Shown here: piece by piece, positions 35,870-45,862 of the stretch | How positions within the stretch are numbered: position 1 is the first letter of the stretch | Layout: each line of letters opens with the position of its first letter | Source of the DNA: Candidatus Omnitrophota bacterium | GTDB taxonomy: Bacteria > Omnitrophota > Gorgyraeia > Zapsychrales > Fredricksoniimonadaceae | Direction of reading: 5' to 3' | Assembly: GCA_015233145.1 (NCBI GenBank) | Contig: JADFYI010000001.1 | Location: 79,345 to 143,344 of the forward strand | DNA: 64,000 nucleotides | The notes under the pieces: generated by a model | The model's input: the letters and a program-made list of their open reading frames with translations, nothing else | The model's database searches: none | Told to the model about the DNA's origin: nothing | Position numbers and translations under genes: made by a program

Positions 35870-36680
35870 GAGATCAAATAAGGGATGCCCTGGATTAGGG
35901 TTTATTCCCAAAAAACGTTTGGGGCAGAATTTTTTAAGAGACCAGCGCGTTCTTCGCCGGATTATTGAAGCCTGTGAATTGAAAAATGATGAGACGGTCC
36001 TTGAGATCGGGCCGGGGCAGGGCGCTCTGACCAGGAGCATCGCGCCGTATGTCAAAGACATTATTGCGGTTGAGGCTGACCCACAACTGGCGGATCAGTT
36101 GAGAAAGGATTTTGATCCCGCTAAATTGACTGTGCATGATTCTGATATTTTGAAATTTGATTTTTCAAAAATTCAGGGGCCCATCAAAGTTGTCGGCAAT
36201 TTGCCGTATTACATTTCAACGCCTATTATTGAACTGGTGATCACAAACCGGAAGTTATTCACGTCGTTGTTTATGACTGTTCAGCTCGAATTTGGCGAGC
36301 GTTTGGTGGCGGCTCCCGGCAGTAAAGAATACGGCTCTTTTTCCTGTTTTGTCCAGTTTTACACGAAGCCGAGGATTCTTTTTAAGATTCCTCCGAGCGC
36401 TTTTCATCCCGTCCCGAAAGTGACGTCATGCTTTATGCGCCTCGACCTTCGTCTTGAACCGCCGGAAGAGGTCAAGGATGAAACGTTTTTCTTAAAAGTT
36501 ATCCGCCAGGCGTTTTTGCAGAGAAGAAAATCCCTGGTCAATTCTTTGGGAGCTTTGGCATCAAAAGATAAATTGTTTCTGGCGTTGTCTGCGGCAGGCG
36601 TTGACCCCAAGGCCAGGGCCGAAGAGCTGGGGTTGGCGCAATTTGCCAGGATCGCGGATGCGCTTTTTGTGAAGGGATAA
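35862..36680 (+). CDS. rsmA: 16S rRNA (adenine1518/1519-N6)-dimethyltransferase RsmA/KsgA
   Basis: KKRLGQNFL and VLEIGPGQGALT motifs. The start is set at TTG 35862 because there is no in-frame ATG between the pdxA stop and the LGQNFL motif, so it is uncertain. Confidence 0.85.
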   Translation: MFKRSNKGCPGLGFIPKKRLGQNFLRDQRVLRRIIEACELKNDETVLEIGPGQGALTRSIAPYVKDIIAVEADPQLADQLRKDFDPAKLTVHDSDILKFDFSKIQGPIKVVGNLPYYISTPIIELVITNRKLFTSLFMTVQLEFGERLVAAPGSKEYGSFSCFVQFYTKPRILFKIPPSAFHPVPKVTSCFMRLDLRLEPPEEVKDETFFLKVIRQAFLQRRKSLVNSLGALASKDKLFLALSAAGVDPKARAEELGLAQFARIADALFVKG

Positions 36681-36684
36681 GGTT

Positions 36685-37065
36685 ATGGAACATCAAATTT
36701 ATTATCATGATACAGATGCCGGCGGGATTGTTTATTACGCGAATTATTTAAAGTACCTTGAAGAGGCTCGCACCGAGTTTCTGGAAGCCAGGGGTTTGGG
36801 GATCCAACCGTTTTTAAAACAAGGGCTTCTTTATGCCGTGCGTTCATGCCAGATTGTCTATAAGGCGCCGGCACGTTATGGTGATATTATCTGTTCCGAT
36901 GCTGTTTTAGAAAAAATGACCGGCGCACAGCTTTTTTTTAAGCAAAAAGTGTGGCAAAAGGCCACGAACCAGGTGCTCGTTGACGCGGAGGTTGTCCTGG
37001 TGTGTTTAAACAAGGATTTTAAGCCCTGTTCCATTCCGGCGGATATGAAAGCGAAACTGGCATGA
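36685..37065 (+). CDS. YbgC/4HBT-family acyl-CoA thioesterase
   Basis: 126 aa. YYHDTDAGGIVYYANYLKYLEEARTEFL hot-dog fold signature. Confidence 0.8.
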   Translation: MEHQIYYHDTDAGGIVYYANYLKYLEEARTEFLEARGLGIQPFLKQGLLYAVRSCQIVYKAPARYGDIICSDAVLEKMTGAQLFFKQKVWQKATNQVLVDAEVVLVCLNKDFKPCSIPADMKAKLA

Positions 37066-38696
37066 AAATTTCATCAAAAATTTTCCTTTTAGTGGCCATG
37101 CTCCTGACGATATTGACTATTGTCGGGGTTGTCAGCGGTCATCTCCAAAATAGGATTGGAGGGGAGTTGAAAGGGGTTGTCAACCGGGACATTGTCCTTA
37201 TGGAAACCGCAACCTCGATTACCAGGCTCCAGCTTCAGAAAGCCATTATTTTTGAACGCGTCAGGCGAATTGCCGAGGAGCTGGCTTATCAGAATCCGCC
37301 GCCTGCGCGTAAGGAACATCTGATTTTTTATACTAAACTCGACAAATCCAGTTTTGATGAGCTGGCTAAGAATGGCGCGTTGGAAATTGTTAATAACAAG
37401 CTCCTGATCGATGAAAGTTTAAGGACTACGAAAGATAAAAACGCTCAGGAGGGCTTGAAATCACTGGCTGCGGTTTTTAAAGAAATTGAAAAAGCCCATA
37501 TTCATTATGATTCCCTGACGGATGACATTTTTAATATGATTGTGAGCGGAAAATATGAGATTTCCCAGGATGATTTAAGCCAGATTCACCGGGATGAGAC
37601 CAAGCTGACATCAGCGTTGCAGAATTTAATTGCTACGGTCCAGAATTTTACACAGCAGTCTCTGGCCAAGGCCAGAAACTATGAGGAGACGGCCCGGCGG
37701 ATTTTATGGGCCACTGTGATTATAAGCCTGCTTTTGGGAATCGCGTTAGCGGTCTCTATTATTCATAGCATCACAGAGCCTCTTAAGAATTTGGTTTTTG
37801 CCTCGAATAAAATCGGCGGAGGAGATTTAACAGTCCGCCTCAATGAAAAGTCAAAAGATGAGTTTGGCGAACTGAGCCGTGCTTTTAATGAAATGTCAGG
37901 CCAGCTTAAAGAGTCCAAGGAAAAACTGGAAGAACAGTTGAACCTCACAGGACAGCAAAAAAAGGATCTGGAAGTTGTGAACCGCGAGCTTGACCGTTTT
38001 GTCCATACCGTGAGTCATGATATCCGTTCTCCCTTGATGAGCATTTCCTGGTACGCCGATCATTTAAGGAGAGGATATGCAGAGAAAATTGATAAAAAGG
38101 GTCAGGAAAGTCTTGAAGGCATTGCCCGCGGGGTTGAACGCGCCAATTCCCTTATCAAAGACCTGCTCACCTTGACCCGGATTTCCAGGGTCCGCAACCC
38201 TTATACTTTTGTCCAAATAGGCGCGCTCATTGACGAGGTTGTGGCCAACCTTGAGTATAAGATCAAACAAAACAAGGTGGACCTGGAAATCGGGCCGAAC
38301 ATGCCTTCTATTATCTGTGACGGGATAAAATTGAAAGAGGTTTTCTTAAACCTTTTGACCAATGCTATTAAATTTTCATCCGGCAATGACAGTGTGCAGC
38401 CCAAAATATCTATTTCTTATTTAGAGCAGCCGGATTGCCATGAGTTTACTGTCAAAGATAACGGAATTGGAATAGCCCCGGAGCACCATAATGAAATATT
38501 CGCCATATTTAAACGACTGGATGCGGCCAAAGATTACGAAGGCACGGGAGCGGGGTTAAGTATTGTCAAAAGCGTTATTGATGACCATGGCGGTAAAGTT
38601 TGGGTAGAGTCTGATGTCGGCAAGGGGTCTGAATTTCATTTTACAATCCCCAAAGGCCTTGAAATTCATCGGGTTGTGATTGGCGCAGAGGCTTAA
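37062..38696 (+). CDS. Sensor histidine kinase (two TM, extracytoplasmic domain, HAMP, HisKA, HATPase_c); no adjacent response regulator
   Basis: 544 aa. HAMP-like EPLKNLVFASNKIGGGDLTVRL, H-box FVHTVSHDIRSPL, N-box LLTNAIKFS, G-boxes DNGIGI and GTGAGLSIV. Confidence 0.88.
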   Translation: MKISSKIFLLVAMLLTILTIVGVVSGHLQNRIGGELKGVVNRDIVLMETATSITRLQLQKAIIFERVRRIAEELAYQNPPPARKEHLIFYTKLDKSSFDELAKNGALEIVNNKLLIDESLRTTKDKNAQEGLKSLAAVFKEIEKAHIHYDSLTDDIFNMIVSGKYEISQDDLSQIHRDETKLTSALQNLIATVQNFTQQSLAKARNYEETARRILWATVIISLLLGIALAVSIIHSITEPLKNLVFASNKIGGGDLTVRLNEKSKDEFGELSRAFNEMSGQLKESKEKLEEQLNLTGQQKKDLEVVNRELDRFVHTVSHDIRSPLMSISWYADHLRRGYAEKIDKKGQESLEGIARGVERANSLIKDLLTLTRISRVRNPYTFVQIGALIDEVVANLEYKIKQNKVDLEIGPNMPSIICDGIKLKEVFLNLLTNAIKFSSGNDSVQPKISISYLEQPDCHEFTVKDNGIGIAPEHHNEIFAIFKRLDAAKDYEGTGAGLSIVKSVIDDHGGKVWVESDVGKGSEFHFTIPKGLEIHRVVIGAEA

Positions 38697-38781
38697 AAGA
38701 GAGCAGTGTCCTCTTAATTTTGATTTGCCTTGTCACATTTTCCGGGTAATGTTAGTATTCTAACTTAATTAAAAAACTATT

Positions 38782-39066
38782 ATGATAAATAAAGAGACAG
38801 TTAACTACGTGGGGGCGCTGGCACGCCTGCACATTGATCCTCAAAATGCGGACAGGTTCGCGAAGAACCTGGAAGATATTCTTCATTATGTCGAGAAATT
38901 GAATACTTTGGACGTTTCTTCGGTCAAGCCTACAAGCCATGTTCTGGATGTTGAAAATGTATTTCGCGAGGACACAGTGATCCCTTCTTTATCCCAGGAT
39001 AAGGCCATGGGGTTTGCGGTTGAGCATCACAAGGGTTTTTACAAAGTTGCGAAAGTCATTGAATGA
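38782..39066 (+). CDS. gatC: Asp/Glu-tRNA(Asn/Gln) amidotransferase subunit C
   Basis: 94 aa. [16 protein letters not shown]...[13 protein letters not shown]. Confidence 0.9.
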   Translation: MINKETVNYVGALARLHIDPQNADRFAKNLEDILHYVEKLNTLDVSSVKPTSHVLDVENVFREDTVIPSLSQDKAMGFAVEHHKGFYKVAKVIE

Positions 39067-40490
39067 ACTTTTATAACCTTACAGCCCATGAACTTTTGAG
39101 TCTTCTGGATCAGAAGAAAGTTATTTCCGAAGATGTTCTTAAGAGCCTTAAAGAACGTGTGTCTTTGGTGAATAAAAAAACGAATGCCTTTATCCGTGAG
39201 CCGCAAGTATCATCTCCGGCGAAAGGGGCTTTCGGGATTCCTGTTGGGATTAAGGATAATATTTGTATTGCCGATGAACTTGTGACTTGCGGCTCTAATA
39301 TTCTTAAAGGTTTTCGTCCTCCTTATGATGCCGGTGTTGTAGAAAAGATTAAGGCCCATGGCAGCGAGGTTTGGGGCGGGCTTAATATGGATGAGTTTGC
39401 TTTCGGCTCATCTTGTGAAAGTTCTTTTTATGGCCCGACACGCAATCCCTGGGACCTGGAACGCGTCCCTGGCGGATCGTCGGGTGGTTCAGCCTCGGCC
39501 GTGGCCGCAGGCGAGGCGGTATGGGCCTTGGGGAGCGACACAGGCGGGTCTGTCCGCCAGCCGGCATCTTTTTGCGGTGTGGTGGGATTAAAGCCAACGT
39601 ACGGCAGGGTCTCCCGTTACGGATTGGTGGCCTTTGGATCGTCGCTGGACCAGATCGGGCCGATTACCAAAGATGTTACGGATTCCGCGCTTCTTTTAAA
39701 TATGATCGCTGGTTTTGACAAACGCGATTCCACATCCGTTGACACTCCGGTGCCAGACTACGCCAAGGCCCTGGTCAAAGACGTTAAGGGATTAAAAATC
39801 GGGATCCCTAAAGAATATTTCATTGACGGCATTGATCCTGAAGTCGCATCGGCTGTCCACGAGGCCATTGATATCTTGAAAAAAGAAGGCGCTGTTATTA
39901 AGGATATTTCTTTGCCGCATACCGAATATGCGGTGGCAACGTATTATATTGTGGCCACGGCCGAGGCCAGCTCGAATTTGGCAAGGTTTGACGGCGTTGA
40001 GTATGGGTTAAGGGAAGTCCCTGACCGTGTCCGTAAAACGCCTTTAATTGATATGTACGAAACAACCCGCGAAAAAGGGTTTGGCGATGAGGCCAAGCGC
40101 CGCATTATGCTGGGGACGTATGTCCTCTCCTCAGGGTATTATGATGCGTATTATTTGCGCGCCCAAAAAGTGCGCACATTGATAAAACAGGATTTTGACA
40201 AGGCTTTTGGGGAGTGCGATGCCATCCTTTGCCCGACATCGCCGACAACAGCATTCAAGATCAATGAAAAGGTGAATGACCCTTTGGCCATGTACCTTTC
40301 TGATATTTTTACGATTCCGGCGAATTTGGCAGGGATTCCCGCGATATCCATCCCGTGCGGTTTTGACAAAAAGAAGCTTCCCATAGGCCTTCAGATTATG
40401 GGCAAGCCCTTTGCCGAAGAAACTCTTTTTCGGATCAGCTACACCTACGAACAAAATACGCCTTGGCATTTGGAAAGGGCGAAACTTTAA
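39063..40490 (+). CDS. gatA: Asp/Glu-tRNA(Asn/Gln) amidotransferase subunit A
   Basis: 475 aa. Amidase signature [14 protein letters not shown]...[12 protein letters not shown]. Confidence 0.95.
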   Translation: MNFYNLTAHELLSLLDQKKVISEDVLKSLKERVSLVNKKTNAFIREPQVSSPAKGAFGIPVGIKDNICIADELVTCGSNILKGFRPPYDAGVVEKIKAHGSEVWGGLNMDEFAFGSSCESSFYGPTRNPWDLERVPGGSSGGSASAVAAGEAVWALGSDTGGSVRQPASFCGVVGLKPTYGRVSRYGLVAFGSSLDQIGPITKDVTDSALLLNMIAGFDKRDSTSVDTPVPDYAKALVKDVKGLKIGIPKEYFIDGIDPEVASAVHEAIDILKKEGAVIKDISLPHTEYAVATYYIVATAEASSNLARFDGVEYGLREVPDRVRKTPLIDMYETTREKGFGDEAKRRIMLGTYVLSSGYYDAYYLRAQKVRTLIKQDFDKAFGECDAILCPTSPTTAFKINEKVNDPLAMYLSDIFTIPANLAGIPAISIPCGFDKKKLPIGLQIMGKPFAEETLFRISYTYEQNTPWHLERAKL

Positions 40491-40491
40491 T

Positions 40492-41928
40492 ATGGAATTT
40501 GAAACAGTCATAGGGCTTGAAGTCCACCTTCAGTTGAATACGGAAACCAAGATTTTCTGCGGTTGCCGCAACCATCAGTTTGGCTCTGAGCCTAACACCC
40601 ATGTTTGCCCGGTGTGCCTGGGGTTACCCGGATCGTTGCCGGTTTTAAACCGCAAGGTTCTTTTAAGCGGCATCAAGGTGGGGCTGGCCTTAGGGTGTGA
40701 GATCAATACTTTTGTGAAGTTTGACAGAAAGAATTATTACTATCCTGATCTTCCCAAAGGGTATCAGATTTCCCAATTTGATTTCCCGATTGCGAAGAAA
40801 GGTTTCTTAAATATCAAGGTGGACGACGGAGAAAAGCGCATCGGCATTACCCGGGCGCATCTCGAAGAAGATGCGGGAAAGCTTATTCATGACGACGAAT
40901 TGAACGCCTCGCTTGTGGATTATAACCGCACAGGAACGCCCCTTGTCGAGATTGTTTCCGAGCCGGACATGCGTTCGGCCCAGGAAGCGTACGATTATTT
41001 GACAGCGTTAAAATTGACCCTGACTTATCTTGGCGTTTCCGATTGCGATATGGAAAAGGGCAGTTTGCGCTGTGATGCCAATGTTTCGATTCGTCCCGCA
41101 GGCCAGGCCGCGCTTGGCACAAAGACAGAATTAAAGAACATGAACTCTTTCAGCGCTGTCAAGCGCGCGATTGAGTATGAGGTTGACCGTCAGACGAGGA
41201 TTGTGATTTCCGGCGGGAAAGTTGTGCAGGAAACTCTTTTATGGGACGAGGCCAAAGGGACAACTCATACAATGCGCAGTAAAGAAGAGGCGCATGATTA
41301 CCGGTATTTCCCTGAACCTGACCTTGTGCCGTTTACCTTAACAGATTCTGACATTAATGCTGTTTTCAAGGAACTGCCTGAGCTGCCGTATGTTAAACTC
41401 TTTCGTTTCAAAAAACAGTACGGGCTTAACGATTATGATGCGTTTATTTTGATTTCTGACCGTTCAATTGCAGATTTCTTTGAAAAATGTGCTGTTTTAT
41501 ATTCTGATGCTAAGAAAATTGCGAACTGGCTTAATGGCCCTTTGATGAAAGAATTGAATGGCCGTAAGAAAAGTTTTTCACAACTGTCGCTTTCCTCAGA
41601 GGAGATGACAGGTTTAATACGCAAGGTAGAAGAAGGGGTTGTCAGCAATTTGGTCGGCAAAGACATCCTGACCACTCTTTTAGATACAGCTAAAAGTGTC
41701 AATGCTATTATTGAAGAACAAGGCCTGGCCCAGGTTTCCGATGATGCCGCGTTGATAAGGGTTGTTGATGAGGTGATGGCTGCGAATCCCAAAGCCATTG
41801 CGGAAATTAAATCCGGAAAAACATCGGCCATGGGTTTTTTGGTTGGCCAGGCCATGAAAAAGATGAACGGAAAAGCTAATCCCAAGAAATTGGGGGAAAT
41901 ACTGAAGGGGAGATTTGAAAATGTTTAA
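40492..41928 (+). CDS. gatB: Asp/Glu-tRNA(Asn/Gln) amidotransferase subunit B
   Basis: ATG 40492 gives MEFETVIGLEVHLQLNTETKIFCGC, the canonical GatB N-terminus. C-terminal YqeY-like tail. Confidence 0.95.
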   Translation: MEFETVIGLEVHLQLNTETKIFCGCRNHQFGSEPNTHVCPVCLGLPGSLPVLNRKVLLSGIKVGLALGCEINTFVKFDRKNYYYPDLPKGYQISQFDFPIAKKGFLNIKVDDGEKRIGITRAHLEEDAGKLIHDDELNASLVDYNRTGTPLVEIVSEPDMRSAQEAYDYLTALKLTLTYLGVSDCDMEKGSLRCDANVSIRPAGQAALGTKTELKNMNSFSAVKRAIEYEVDRQTRIVISGGKVVQETLLWDEAKGTTHTMRSKEEAHDYRYFPEPDLVPFTLTDSDINAVFKELPELPYVKLFRFKKQYGLNDYDAFILISDRSIADFFEKCAVLYSDAKKIANWLNGPLMKELNGRKKSFSQLSLSSEEMTGLIRKVEEGVVSNLVGKDILTTLLDTAKSVNAIIEEQGLAQVSDDAALIRVVDEVMAANPKAIAEIKSGKTSAMGFLVGQAMKKMNGKANPKKLGEILKGRFENV

Positions 41929-43354
41929 AAAAGTTTTGGCTCTTGTTGCCGTTGTTGCAGGAATTGTTTTCTTTGCCAACCTGGCTGTTTCCCAGTCGGA
42001 GAAAATTCCGGCGAAGTCGTCTGCCGGTTCATTGGAAACACCGCTTCAGAATTCTACGGTTGTCACGAATGCTGAGGCCGTAAAAAAGAATGATGACCCC
42101 AAGGCCAATGACCTTTATGCCCAGGTTGAGCTTTTTAGTTACGCCTTGACCACGATCCAGTCGGAATATGTGGAGCAAAAAACTCCCAAAGACCTTATTT
42201 ACGGGGCCCTGACCGGCATGCTTGATTCTTTGGATCCGCACAGCCAGTTTCTTGCTCCTGAGGATTATGATGAATTGAAAACAGAAACCCAGGGCAAGTT
42301 CGGCGGCCTGGGCATCGAGATTTCTGTCCGCGACGGGCTTCTGACGATTGTGACGCCCATTGAAGATACCCCGGCATGGAAGGCCGGCCTTAAGTCCGGG
42401 GACCGCATTGTAAAGATTGAAAAGACTTTAACCCGGGATATGTCGCTCAATAATGCTGTTAAAAAACTGCGCGGCGACCCTGGAACAAAGGTTCATATTA
42501 CCATTCTGCGCGAGTCTGAAGGGAAAATCCAGGAATTCGAGATCACGCGTGAGATTATTCATGTTAAAGATGTGAAAGATCCCCATATTATAGAGGATGG
42601 GATTGCGTATCTCCGCTTTGTGGAATTCCGCGAAGATTCCTATGCGCAGGTTTATAAGAATTTAAAAAGTTTAAAAGAGCAGGGTGCGACCGCGCTTATC
42701 CTCGATGTCCGTAACAATCCCGGCGGACTTCTAAATGTGGCCATTAAAATCAGCGAGATGTTTTTACCCTCAGGCCAGGTCATTGTTTCCACAAAAGGCC
42801 GGCATCCTTCCCAGGACAGCGTCAGTATTTCCCATAACACTGAAAATTTATTTGCGGATTGGCCCATAGTTATTCTTATCAACGAAGGGAGCGCTTCAGG
42901 GAGCGAAATTCTGGCCGGAGCTTTAAAAGACAACAAGCGGGCCGTGACCCTGGGGGTTAAATCTTTTGGCAAGGGCTCTGTCCAGTCCGTGATCCCGCTG
43001 CCGGATGGTTCGGGTTTGCGTTTGACAACAGCCAAATATTTTACGCCTTCCGGTATTTGCATCCATGACATCGGCATTACGCCGGACATTGTGATTGAAC
43101 GGGTTTATCCGCCGGCCGAAGACGAGGAAAAGCCCAAAAACGGGAAAAAAGACCTCAAGGATTCCAAAAAGGTTTTTGAGGATATCGAGTTAAAAGAAAC
43201 CGCGAATCCCGATGAAGCCGAGAAAAAGAAAAAAGAGGATGAGCTTAAGAAACGCATGAGCGACGACAACCAGATTCAAAGCGCGATCAGTGTCATTAAA
43301 GGCATTCGCGTTTACAAGAAATTGCAGGCCTCAGATGCCGTTACAAAAAAATAA
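41921..43354 (+). CDS. ctpA: C-terminal processing (S41) peptidase with PDZ domain and Lys/Glu-rich tail
   Basis: Signal peptide MFKKVLALVAVVAGIVFFANLAVS, PDZ (GLKSGDRIVKIE), and S41 catalytic region (NEGSASGSEILAGALKD...GKGSVQ). Confidence 0.88.
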   Translation: MFKKVLALVAVVAGIVFFANLAVSQSEKIPAKSSAGSLETPLQNSTVVTNAEAVKKNDDPKANDLYAQVELFSYALTTIQSEYVEQKTPKDLIYGALTGMLDSLDPHSQFLAPEDYDELKTETQGKFGGLGIEISVRDGLLTIVTPIEDTPAWKAGLKSGDRIVKIEKTLTRDMSLNNAVKKLRGDPGTKVHITILRESEGKIQEFEITREIIHVKDVKDPHIIEDGIAYLRFVEFREDSYAQVYKNLKSLKEQGATALILDVRNNPGGLLNVAIKISEMFLPSGQVIVSTKGRHPSQDSVSISHNTENLFADWPIVILINEGSASGSEILAGALKDNKRAVTLGVKSFGKGSVQSVIPLPDGSGLRLTTAKYFTPSGICIHDIGITPDIVIERVYPPAEDEEKPKNGKKDLKDSKKVFEDIELKETANPDEAEKKKKEDELKKRMSDDNQIQSAISVIKGIRVYKKLQASDAVTKK

Positions 43355-43361
43355 CAAAAGC

Positions 43362-44246
43362 ATGCCCTTCTGGGCCATGATTGTCTGGATTTTGGTGGCC
43401 TTGATGTGTATCGGCGGGTATTTCCTGCTTCAAAAAAAACATCCTCAACCTCCGGCGAAACCTTTAAAACAGGCAGGCAAGCTGCCCCTTAAAAAGGCCC
43501 CGCCGATTCCTGTTGGGCAGGTTTCCAAAAAAACTTACCCCAAGCCTGCAGGGGCTGTTTCTTATGGCAAGGCCGCCATTATCATTGATGACTGGGGTTA
43601 TAATCGCAGCCATTGCCAATATCTTGCCCAAATGCCTGTGCCGGTCGCGGTCGCGATTTTGCCCCATTTGCCGTATTCCAAAATCATTATTCAATGTGCC
43701 AAAGATAACGGGCAGGAGCCGATGCTGCATTTGCCTTTTGAGCCCCACAGCGCAAAAGAGGCTTTTGAAAAAGATTATGACATGACAACAGACATGTCAG
43801 ACGCTGAGGCCAGGGCCAAGGTGGTAAAAATCCTTAATGAAATGACAGGGGTTGTCGGGGTTAATAACCATACCGGGTCCAAGGGGACGGAAGATGAAGT
43901 TTTGGTTACCAATGTTTTAACGGAATTAAAACGCCGGGGGCTTTTTTTTGTGGACAGCATGACCTCCGACCGTTCGGTTTGCGGGATCGTGGCGCAAAGG
44001 CTTAAAATGCGCATCGGCCGGCGGGATATCTTTTTGGACAATCGCAACGAACGCGCCTATATTGAACGCCAGTTTGCCGATGCCATGCAGCTTGTCCGTC
44101 AGAATGGCCATGCCATTATTATCGGGCATGACCGGGCGTTGACGCTTGATGTTATTATTGAGCAGGCGCGTAAATATTCCCAGGAAGGGTATCAGTTCAT
44201 CACTGTTAAAGATTATATCAGGCAATATGAATATTCTGGGAATTGA
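43362..44246 (+). CDS. Divergent polysaccharide deacetylase family protein (YibQ-like)
   Basis: N-terminal TM MPFWAMIVWILVALMCIGGYF, then IIIDDWGYN, AILPHLPYS, HLPFEPH, NNHTGSKGT, FFVDSMTS and DIFLDN. The start (43335 or 43362) is uncertain. Confidence 0.75.
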   Translation: MPFWAMIVWILVALMCIGGYFLLQKKHPQPPAKPLKQAGKLPLKKAPPIPVGQVSKKTYPKPAGAVSYGKAAIIIDDWGYNRSHCQYLAQMPVPVAVAILPHLPYSKIIIQCAKDNGQEPMLHLPFEPHSAKEAFEKDYDMTTDMSDAEARAKVVKILNEMTGVVGVNNHTGSKGTEDEVLVTNVLTELKRRGLFFVDSMTSDRSVCGIVAQRLKMRIGRRDIFLDNRNERAYIERQFADAMQLVRQNGHAIIIGHDRALTLDVIIEQARKYSQEGYQFITVKDYIRQYEYSGN

Positions 44247-45210
44247 AACATCCTGTGACGAGACCTCTGCAAGTGTTGTCCGCGACGGGAGGCGGGTCCT
44301 CTCGAACGTTGTGGCCACGAGCCTTAAGGAACATCAGAAATTCGGCGGCATTATCCCTGAGATTGCCTCGCGAAGGCAGCTTGAGTTTATCAATATTGTG
44401 ACAAAAGAAGCGCTCGTAACAGCAGGCCTTACGCTCAAAGACATTGACGCTGTCGCGGTCACAACACACCCCGGGCTTATCGGGTCTCTTCTGGTGGGCA
44501 TTTCCTTTGCCAATTCATTGAGTTTTGCCTTAAACAAGCCTTTGATCAAGGTCAACCATATTCATGCCCATCTTTATGCCAATTGCCTTTCTGTTTTTCA
44601 AGGGAAGAACAACGGGGAGGGCGTCATTTTTAAAGAATCGTCTCTTCCTGCGGTAGGCCTGGTTGTTTCCGGCGGGCATTCGAGTTTGTTTTTTATTAAA
44701 GATTTCAGGAATATGCGCCTTATCGGGCAAACCCGTGATGACGCGGCTGGAGAGGCTTACGATAAAGTCGCGCGCATTTTGAATCTGGGTTATCCCGGCG
44801 GGCCTGTGATTGACAGGCTTTCGAAAAATGTTTCTGATAACGACATTCATTTCCCCTGCGCCATGCTTCCGGGAACCCGTGATTTCAGCTTTAGCGGTGT
44901 CAAAACAGCAGTGCTTTATTACACGCGTCAACATTCTGCGAAACCCGGATACTCCGTAGAGCGGGTGGCGCATGCTTTTCAGGAAAGTGTTGTCAAGGTT
45001 TTGACTGAGAAAAGCCTGGAGGTCGCGCGTAAAAAGAAGGTCAAAGCCCTTCTTGTTGGCGGGGGGGTTGCGGCCAATTCAGCCCTGCGTTCATCGTTGG
45101 AGGCGGAGGCCTTAAAATCAGGCATTAAGGTTTATTTTCCTGGAATGCCTTTGTGCATGGATAATGCGGCCATGGTTGCAGGCCTTGCCTATCATTATTA
45201 TAAAACCTAG
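44227..45210 (+). CDS. tsaD: tRNA N6-adenosine threonylcarbamoyltransferase
   Basis: ATG 44227 gives MNILGIETSCDETSASVV. HIHAHL metal site and GGVAANSALR. Confidence 0.93.
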   Translation: MNILGIETSCDETSASVVRDGRRVLSNVVATSLKEHQKFGGIIPEIASRRQLEFINIVTKEALVTAGLTLKDIDAVAVTTHPGLIGSLLVGISFANSLSFALNKPLIKVNHIHAHLYANCLSVFQGKNNGEGVIFKESSLPAVGLVVSGGHSSLFFIKDFRNMRLIGQTRDDAAGEAYDKVARILNLGYPGGPVIDRLSKNVSDNDIHFPCAMLPGTRDFSFSGVKTAVLYYTRQHSAKPGYSVERVAHAFQESVVKVLTEKSLEVARKKKVKALLVGGGVAANSALRSSLEAEALKSGIKVYFPGMPLCMDNAAMVAGLAYHYYKT

Positions 45211-45226
45211 AATTATCCCGGTTTTA

Positions 45227-45255
45227 TTGACTATCGCCCTTCAATCTGTTATAAA
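45227..45255 (+). promoter_or_regulatory. Putative sigma70-type promoter with extended -10 for the bactofilin-HTH operon
   Basis: TTGACT (45227-45232), 17 nt, TGtTATAAA (-10 at 45250-45255). Confidence 0.4.
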
Positions 45256-45331
45256 AAGCTTATAAGAGCCCCTGTTTTCTTTGGGAAAAATGCTGCAGGG
45301 AAAGTTCAGGATTGTTAAAGAGGAGAAGAAA

Positions 45332-45862
45332 ATGGTTTTCGGTGAGAAAAAACAAGTAAAGACTGAAAATCCCCATAAATCCATTGAAATTAACGCAGAG
45401 ATGCACGGCTCTCTGGCATTTAAAGATCCGGTAGACCTTAAAATCAACGGGATTTTTTCAGGCAGTCTGGATGTGAGGGGCACGCTTTCCATTGGTGTCA
45501 ATGCCGACGTGCAGGCAGACATTAACGGGGACAATGTTATTGTTGCCGGGAAAGTCAAAGGCAATATCCGTGTGACCAAAATGCTCACCTGCATGCCCAC
45601 GGCTGTTGTGAACGGGGATATTTATACTCCCAAGCTTAATATTGTTGAGGGCGCCATTTTTCAGGGGGCCTGCCATATGTCTGTTTCCGAAGTCAGCGAA
45701 TGGATGAATATCAAGGAATTGGCCTCTTATCTTGAGCTTGATGAGGCTGTGATTGGCGAACTGGTGAATACCGGAAAGATCCCTGTGGTCAGGGAAGGCG
45801 AAACGCTGAAGTTTGAACGCTCACAGATTGATCATTGGGCTGTTTCAGGAATTGTCAAATGA
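45332..45862 (+). CDS. Bactofilin-domain protein fused to a C-terminal excisionase/MerR-type HTH
   Basis: Strong SD (GAGGAG) before ATG 45332. Residues ~20-115 show the bactofilin beta-helix pattern (INGIFSGSLDVRGTLSIGVNADVQADINGDNVIVAGKVKGNIRV...VNGDIYTPKLNIVEGAIFQG). Residues 125-170, MNIKELASYLELDEAVIGELVNTGKIPVVREGETLKFERSQIDHW, are HTH_17-like. Confidence 0.7.
   Translation: MVFGEKKQVKTENPHKSIEINAEMHGSLAFKDPVDLKINGIFSGSLDVRGTLSIGVNADVQADINGDNVIVAGKVKGNIRVTKMLTCMPTAVVNGDIYTPKLNIVEGAIFQGACHMSVSEVSEWMNIKELASYLELDEAVIGELVNTGKIPVVREGETLKFERSQIDHWAVSGIVK

Noticed and set aside
40411-40491. Upstream start for gatB (505-aa ORF). The same issue applies to tsaD (44146), recX (20455) and ftsH/ctpA (TTG starts)
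   Set aside because: The upstream extensions overlap the preceding genes, and the internal ATGs reproduce canonical N-termini (MEFETVIGLEVH, MNILGIETSCDE).
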